Source of the DNA: a virus
Lineage: Duplodnaviria; Heunggongvirae; Uroviricota; Caudoviricetes
Length of the DNA stretch: 64,000 nt
Virus record (IMG/VR): IMGVR_UViG_2681813435_000006
Coordinates: 22,927-86,926 of that record
Direction: 5' to 3' (one strand)
Under the pieces are notes generated by a model. That model ran no database searches. It saw nothing but the letters and a program-made list of their open reading frames with translations, and was not told the DNA's origin. The position numbers and the translations under genes were made by a program. Shown in pieces: positions 59,475 through 64,000 of this stretch; within the stretch, counting starts at the first letter, position 1, and every line of letters begins with the position of its first letter.

Positions 59475-59503
59475 TTGACAAACATAAAATAATTTGATAA
59501 AAT
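59475..59503 (+). promoter_or_regulatory. sigmaA-type promoter TTGACA-N17-TAAAAT with AACATAAAATAATTTGA spacer
   Basis: Read directly. Confidence 0.4.
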
Positions 59504-59572
59504 AAAGATAAATTAACCTCATTAAAATTGTTCTTTATTTATGATATTATATCCTAGGAGGTAGTTATTTTT

Positions 59573-60436
59573 ATGAATAAGGAAACTAATGTCAGTGATT
59601 TTTCAAAATCACAATACGAATTACAAAAAATCAGTAAAGATTTGGGAGAAAAATTTAGCCAACTTGTAAATTTCAAAAATATTATTTCTGAAGCTATTCT
59701 ACCTATATACAAGGAAATATATATAATTAATGCTTTCTTTTTTAAAGAACTAAAACCAATTATCAAAGAATTGAGCAATAAGAAAAAGAAAAATATATAT
59801 TTTGCTACTATGTTCTTAGAAATGAATCCTATATTTTCAGATAAATTTATAACAGAAGGAGTGTTTCCTCCAATATTTTATTTTTTAGATGATATGATGG
59901 AAGATCAAATTATAGAATTCCATGAGGAATATGTAAATAAAATTGACATTAATAATGTTGTGAATAGTTCAGATATTAAAGAATATTATATTAAAGCTAT
60001 AGATAATTGGATAGATGAAGAACATACAGATTGTATTTGTGATTTTATAAAAGAAATAAAAACAAATTTTATGCAAAACAAGATATATTCCACTACTCTC
60101 AACTTATTTACTTTAATGGAATATAAAATAAGAGAATCAGGATTCAATACAAACAAACCTATAGGCGAATGGAAGATTATTAACAATATTACCAAAGTAT
60201 TATCAGAAAATTGTTTTAAATATAAAGAAAGTAAAGAATTAGAAAAATTATATTCAACATTTTTTAATGAAAAAGGTACATGTTATATATACAAATCTAC
60301 ATCAAAAAGTCCTACATTTGTAACAAGACATATTCTTCATGGAGACAGATTAGATTTAATAAATAACAAAAGCATGATGAGCTTAGTATTCTTAACAGAC
60401 TGCTTATATAGAATGTTAATTAAAAAATTTGACTGA
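59573..60436 (+). CDS. hypothetical protein
   Basis: RBS AGGAGG. Confidence 0.45.
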   Translation: MNKETNVSDFSKSQYELQKISKDLGEKFSQLVNFKNIISEAILPIYKEIYIINAFFFKELKPIIKELSNKKKKNIYFATMFLEMNPIFSDKFITEGVFPPIFYFLDDMMEDQIIEFHEEYVNKIDINNVVNSSDIKEYYIKAIDNWIDEEHTDCICDFIKEIKTNFMQNKIYSTTLNLFTLMEYKIRESGFNTNKPIGEWKIINNITKVLSENCFKYKESKELEKLYSTFFNEKGTCYIYKSTSKSPTFVTRHILHGDRLDLINNKSMMSLVFLTDCLYRMLIKKFD

Positions 60437-60473
60437 AAAGCATAAATACATCGAAAGGAAGGTTTAATTTAAT

Positions 60474-60641
60474 ATGGAATTTGGAATTAAATGCCCTTAT
60501 TGTGATTATAAACATGAAGATTTTCAAAATTATATTGACACAGGAGATATGGAAGGTGAATTTTCAATGGATTGTGAAAAATGTGGTAAGCCTTTTGATG
60601 TTAACTTTGTTACAAAAATAGAATTCACAACCGTTAAATAA
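60474..60641 (+). CDS. hypothetical small zinc-ribbon protein (55 aa), not in the track
   Basis: RBS AAAGGAAGG; CPYCDY...CEKCGK. Confidence 0.3.
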   Translation: MEFGIKCPYCDYKHEDFQNYIDTGDMEGEFSMDCEKCGKPFDVNFVTKIEFTTVK

Positions 60642-60684
60642 TTGACATCTTAAATATGCCGTAACATGAAAGGAGAATATTAAT

Positions 60685-61077
60685 ATGAATAGAGAAATAG
60701 TATGCCCTGCAATATATAGACATTTTAAACATTCTAAAGATGGGGTGTTAAATAATTATATGTATGTAACAATGTTTTTAAGTAAACCATTAATAAATTA
60801 TGATAATACATTTAATGATTTATTTAAAACAGTTGGAGTTAATATTTTCACTGTCAAGTTAACAGAAAGAGAAACTACAATAACATTGTTTGAAAAAGAA
60901 GGACAGTATTATCATAATCCTAAAGATAGTGATGAAGCTTTAATAATATATAAATCACTATATGATTATTCAAAATTCCCATATGCAAGACCTTTAAATG
61001 TTTTTGCAAGTGAAGTAGACCATAAAAAATATCCAGACGTACAACAAAAATATAGATTTGAGATTATGGGATATTAG
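60685..61077 (+). CDS. hypothetical protein
   Basis: RBS AAAGGAGAA. Confidence 0.45.
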   Translation: MNREIVCPAIYRHFKHSKDGVLNNYMYVTMFLSKPLINYDNTFNDLFKTVGVNIFTVKLTERETTITLFEKEGQYYHNPKDSDEALIIYKSLYDYSKFPYARPLNVFASEVDHKKYPDVQQKYRFEIMGY

Positions 61078-61135
61078 CTTACAATACAAACAATAAGCAA
61101 TTTGAAGATATTATGATTCTAATGGAGGAGTTAGT

Positions 61136-61282
61136 ATGACAAAGCAAATTACAATTGCAGTACATTTTTGTGAAGAATGTCCTCGCTTTGATGATTGCAA
61201 TGATAAGTGTACAGACGAAGATAAGATTATAGAAAATAGGTACACTATACCCGAATGGTGTCCATTAGAAGAATTAGTGTGA
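61136..61282 (+). CDS. hypothetical small Cys-rich protein (48 aa), preferred over the overlapping minus-strand track ORF
   Basis: RBS TGGAGGAG 6 nt upstream; CEECPRFDDCNDKC...WCP. Confidence 0.35.
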   Translation: MTKQITIAVHFCEECPRFDDCNDKCTDEDKIIENRYTIPEWCPLEELV

Positions 61283-61320
61283 CGCAATTCAAAGATAAAG
61301 TGAAATAAAATGGAGGTACA

Positions 61321-61503
61321 ATGAAACATAAAATTAAAATTACAGAAACTTATGTCTATTATATAGACGTAGAAGCTAGTAGTGAAAAGAAAGCATTAGA
61401 AAAGGCTAGAAAGTATTATGAGACTACAGAAGATGGTGTTACTGGGGTTGCAGATGCTAATTCTTTTGAGGAGGTTAAATTTAAAATAAAGAAGGGACAA
61501 TAA
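61321..61503 (+). CDS. hypothetical protein
   Basis: RBS TGGAGG. Confidence 0.35.
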   Translation: MKHKIKITETYVYYIDVEASSEKKALEKARKYYETTEDGVTGVADANSFEEVKFKIKKGQ

Positions 61504-61505
61504 TA

Positions 61506-61718
61506 ATGATAGATAAAAGCATATATGAAAAATCAATAAAAATAGAATCAAAAAAGTTAATGGATGAGGTATCTAAATTTTCTCAAGGTAGAAAATGTGA
61601 AGTTATATTAGTTCCAGCAGTTGTAGAATATTATGAGGGAGAAAGTAAAATAGAATATCTAACTAATGGTGAATTTCTAAAAACATATAATACTTTATTA
61701 AGTTTAAAAAATAAATAA
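61506..61718 (+). CDS. hypothetical protein
   Basis: Tightly coupled to the upstream gene. Confidence 0.35.
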   Translation: MIDKSIYEKSIKIESKKLMDEVSKFSQGRKCEVILVPAVVEYYEGESKIEYLTNGEFLKTYNTLLSLKNK

Positions 61719-61880
61719 TAAGTAATGGAAAACATTGTAATAGACAAGAGAGAAATCACAAAACTTAATATCATAACAAAAGACCTCATACTTTATTTTA
61801 TAATTTTTCTCTCTTGCTTGTAATTATTATTAATAAAAAATATATAAATTATTCATAATTTGAAAAAGTTGTATTTTTAC

Positions 61881-61972
61881 CTCTTAAATACTTCCAAATA
61901 CTCACTCATGCTACATTTTTCAAGGATAAAAATGTTATAAAATCAGTAATTTAACCCAAAATAATTTAACAA
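61881..61972 (+). repeat. About 95-nt intergenic element, copy B (homologous to 55091-55187)
   Basis: See copy A. Confidence 0.5.
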
Positions 61973-61995
61973 CAAATAATAGGAGGGAATAAAAA

Positions 61996-62214
61996 ATGAA
62001 AGCTATATTAAACTTTTATAATGATCCAAAGTTATCAGAAATGCAAGAAGTAATAAAAGGTGATTTGGTTAAAGCAAATCAACCAGCAACAGAATTTAAC
62101 TTAACTAAAGACAAAGAATATGAGGTTTTAGCTGTTAATTCTGTAGATTTAATAACTATTAAAAATGATAAGGGTGAGATAGATATATATTCAGTTGAAT
62201 ATTTCTATATTTAA
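61996..62214 (+). CDS. hypothetical protein
   Basis: RBS TAGGAGGG. Confidence 0.4.
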   Translation: MKAILNFYNDPKLSEMQEVIKGDLVKANQPATEFNLTKDKEYEVLAVNSVDLITIKNDKGEIDIYSVEYFYI

Positions 62215-62250
62215 TTAATAAAATTTTAAAATAAAGGGGGGAATGATAAT

Positions 62251-62679
62251 ATGAAAAAAGTGTTTTTAGGTGGAACTTGCAATGACAGCAAGTGGAGGAA
62301 TAAATTAATTCAACTATTGAAAATTGAGTATTTTAACCCTGTGGTTGAAGATTGGACACCTGAATGTATGGAAGAAGAAATAAAACAAAGAGAAACTTGT
62401 GATTTTTGTTTATATGTAATAACGCCAAAAATGACAGGTGTTTATAGCATAGCAGAAGTGATTGATGATAGTAATAAAAGACCTCAAAAGACTATATTTT
62501 GTTTCTTAGAGGAAGATGAGAACCCTATACAACAATTAACATCAATGCCCATAGAAAAACTAAAATTTGATAAAGGACAGTTACGTTCTTTGAAACAAGT
62601 AAGTAAGATGGTTGTCAATAATGGAGGAAAATACTTTAAGAGTTTAAAAGAGATTGCTGATTATTTAAATCATCAATAA
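62251..62679 (+). CDS. Nucleoside 2-deoxyribosyltransferase-like protein (second copy of the fold), putative
   Basis: MKKVFLGGTCNDSKWRNKLIQLLKIEYFNPVVEDW fits the N-terminal pattern of NDT-like (PF15891-type) proteins; TGVYSIAEVIDDS is a candidate catalytic-Glu motif. Confidence 0.3.
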   Translation: MKKVFLGGTCNDSKWRNKLIQLLKIEYFNPVVEDWTPECMEEEIKQRETCDFCLYVITPKMTGVYSIAEVIDDSNKRPQKTIFCFLEEDENPIQQLTSMPIEKLKFDKGQLRSLKQVSKMVVNNGGKYFKSLKEIADYLNHQ

Positions 62680-62693
62680 AGGAGTATGTTAAT

Positions 62694-62915
62694 ATGAAGA
62701 AACGTGCAATGAAAAAATGGATACCTAAACATACTGCATATTGTTACATATACAAAAATAATAAATCTATACCCTGTAAATGGTATAGATTCAATTCTAG
62801 TAAGGACAAGCAAGAATGTGGTTATTGTAAATATCTAAATCATGGAGATTGGCAAGAAGATGGTACTTTTCTTTTATGGGATATGGTAAAGGAGTGTGGT
62901 ATAGCAGATGAATAA
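62694..62915 (+). CDS. hypothetical Cys-rich protein
   Basis: RBS AAGGAG. Confidence 0.4.
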   Translation: MKKRAMKKWIPKHTAYCYIYKNNKSIPCKWYRFNSSKDKQECGYCKYLNHGDWQEDGTFLLWDMVKECGIADE

Positions 62916-63084
62916 ACTTAAAAAGAATTTATTTGTTTCCTTATTCATAATACTCTGGAATGTATTTGGAATTACAATATCCCAAAATTATATAGCACCT
63001 AATTTTATAATATATCTAACAGGGACAGGTACAGGTGGCTTTATAGGAGTATGGTATATATTAAGAAAAGAAAGAAAACTATAA
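62908..63084 (+). CDS. hypothetical small membrane protein (58 aa), not in the track
   Basis: ATG overlaps the upstream stop; two TM segments. Confidence 0.3.
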   Translation: MNKLKKNLFVSLFIILWNVFGITISQNYIAPNFIIYLTGTGTGGFIGVWYILRKERKL

Positions 63085-63147
63085 ATAAAATGATAAATTT
63101 ATATAAGTATAAAATAATTTAATAATATCAAAGGAGTATTTGTTGAT

Positions 63148-63651
63148 ATGGATATTAATAAGAATTTATTTAATAAATTTTTAGATGGAAATCTAATTAT
63201 TAATTGCCAAACAAAAATAGAATCGGATTTACTTATTGATTCTATTAAAACTAAAAGAATAAAAAATCTAATAAAGAATGACTGGTATGTATATAAAAAT
63301 AATACTTGCTATCGTATTTCTAATAAAGAATTATTAAAGGCTGAAATAAAAGAGGTTGTTTTTCATAGACTTGATTTTATTAAGTTTCAAGATTGTATTC
63401 CTCAATATAAAACTTGGGAAATTATTAAAATATATCAGGAAGGTGAATTATATAAAAATGATATAATTATTGGTAAAAATTTAAAAGAAAAAGTATGTGA
63501 TTTAAGAGAAAAAAATTTAGGTATAGATGATTTATTGATAAATGAACCTTTCATAATTCAAAAAAGAGAATCCAATAAAGATATAGAAAATAAAAAACAT
63601 ATTAAAGCCTTATTGAAAGATTTAACTGAGACTATAAATAAAATAATTTAA
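63148..63651 (+). CDS. hypothetical protein
   Basis: RBS AAAGGAG. Confidence 0.4.
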   Translation: MDINKNLFNKFLDGNLIINCQTKIESDLLIDSIKTKRIKNLIKNDWYVYKNNTCYRISNKELLKAEIKEVVFHRLDFIKFQDCIPQYKTWEIIKIYQEGELYKNDIIIGKNLKEKVCDLREKNLGIDDLLINEPFIIQKRESNKDIENKKHIKALLKDLTETINKII

Positions 63652-63701
63652 AAATATATTATAAATCTCAACTTTTATTAAAACTGAAAGGAGGAATACA
63701 T

Positions 63702-63860
63702 ATGAGATATTTATTAAGCTTACTTATGACTGGAATAATTTATTTTGTAGGTGATAGAATTACTAAAACAACCAAATCTACATTCTTTGATGAATACTTC
63801 ATGGGTATTATTACAGGTATGTTAATGGTGTTTATGCATACTCTTATTACTGCTATATAA
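63702..63860 (+). CDS. hypothetical small membrane protein (52 aa), not in the track
   Basis: RBS AAAGGAGGAA 7 nt upstream; two hydrophobic segments. Confidence 0.35.
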   Translation: MRYLLSLLMTGIIYFVGDRITKTTKSTFFDEYFMGIITGMLMVFMHTLITAI

Positions 63861-63879
63861 AATCTAGGAGGGCAATTAA

Positions 63880-64000
63880 ATGAATATAAACAAGTACATA
63901 AAAATAATAAAAAAACACATATCAGAAATAAATGATGTACAAGCTATGGAACTAATAGAGAAAACTAATTATAAAAATGATACAGATAAAGAAATTATAG
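63880..64000 (+). CDS. hypothetical protein, 5' portion (continues beyond the window)
   Basis: RBS TAGGAGGG then ATG; open to the window end. Confidence 0.3.
   Translation, partial: MNINKYIKIIKKHISEINDVQAMELIEKTNYKNDTDKEII

Noticed and set aside
7142-61329. All minus-strand ORFs in the supplied track (e.g. 7142-7342, 8067-8297, 8713-9042, 11913-12209, 35056-35424, 35881-36255, 44921-45316, 47439-47880, 57981-58280, 61111-61329)
   Set aside because: Each lies entirely inside, or antisense to, a longer + strand gene with a clear RBS and recognisable domains. Their products are low-complexity Leu/Ile/Phe/Ser-rich translations, as expected from reading AT-rich coding DNA backwards, and none has an upstream SD. 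61111-61329 is better explained by a + strand 48-aa ORF with a GGAGG RBS.
1-64000. CRISPR arrays or other tandem direct-repeat arrays
   Set aside because: No regularly spaced direct repeats of 25-40 nt were seen. The recurring AAAATAATTTAATAA motif is irregularly spaced and promoter-like, not an array.

Overview
AT-rich (roughly 28-30% GC) window in which every credible gene lies on the + strand, with Shine-Dalgarno sites (AAAGGAGG-like) in front of nearly every ORF. This is the organisation of a large virulent phage, or phage-derived element, of a low-GC Firmicute; the anaerobic ribonucleotide reductase (RNR) set NrdH/NrdG/NrdD suggests an anaerobic, Clostridium-like host. Gene order, left to right: (1) the 3' end of an rtcB RNA ligase. 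(2) About 8 kb of small early-type ORFs, including a decayed DNA methyltransferase (MTase) remnant, a free-standing homing-endonuclease-like gene (HEG) and an HD-domain hydrolase. (3) A replication module: SSB-like protein, Sak4-like ATPase, DnaB-like helicase, DnaG-type primase, RecJ-like DHH nuclease, a DnaE-type Pol III alpha gene split by an apparent group I intron carrying a GIY-YIG HEG, and a RecD-like helicase. (4) A block of about 25 small accessory genes, including an ADP-ribosylglycohydrolase, a 3D-domain cell-wall protein, an SPFH/band-7 protein and many zinc-ribbon or acidic small proteins. (5) Anaerobic RNR (nrdH-nrdG-nrdD), dUTPase, an HNH nuclease, an orphan Dcm-type C5-MTase, and a translationally coupled nucleoside-salvage trio (deoxyribosyltransferase-like, 5'-deoxyribonucleotidase-like, thymidine kinase). 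(6) A PspC-domain membrane protein, more small ORFs, a stand-alone DHH-DHHA1 phosphoesterase, and a two-subunit type II topoisomerase. Non-coding structure is rich. A host-sigmaA-like promoter of the form TTGAC(A/T)-N17-TAATAT recurs with its spacer always containing AAAATAATTTGG. The related motif AAAATAATTTAATAA precedes more than 20 genes without a -35 element and is a candidate phage-specific promoter class. I also found several perfect inverted repeats or terminators and a roughly 95-nt element present twice. No rRNA, tRNA or CRISPR array was found, and the minus-strand ORFs in the track look like AT-rich artefacts. All functional calls rest on motif recognition by eye and need database confirmation.
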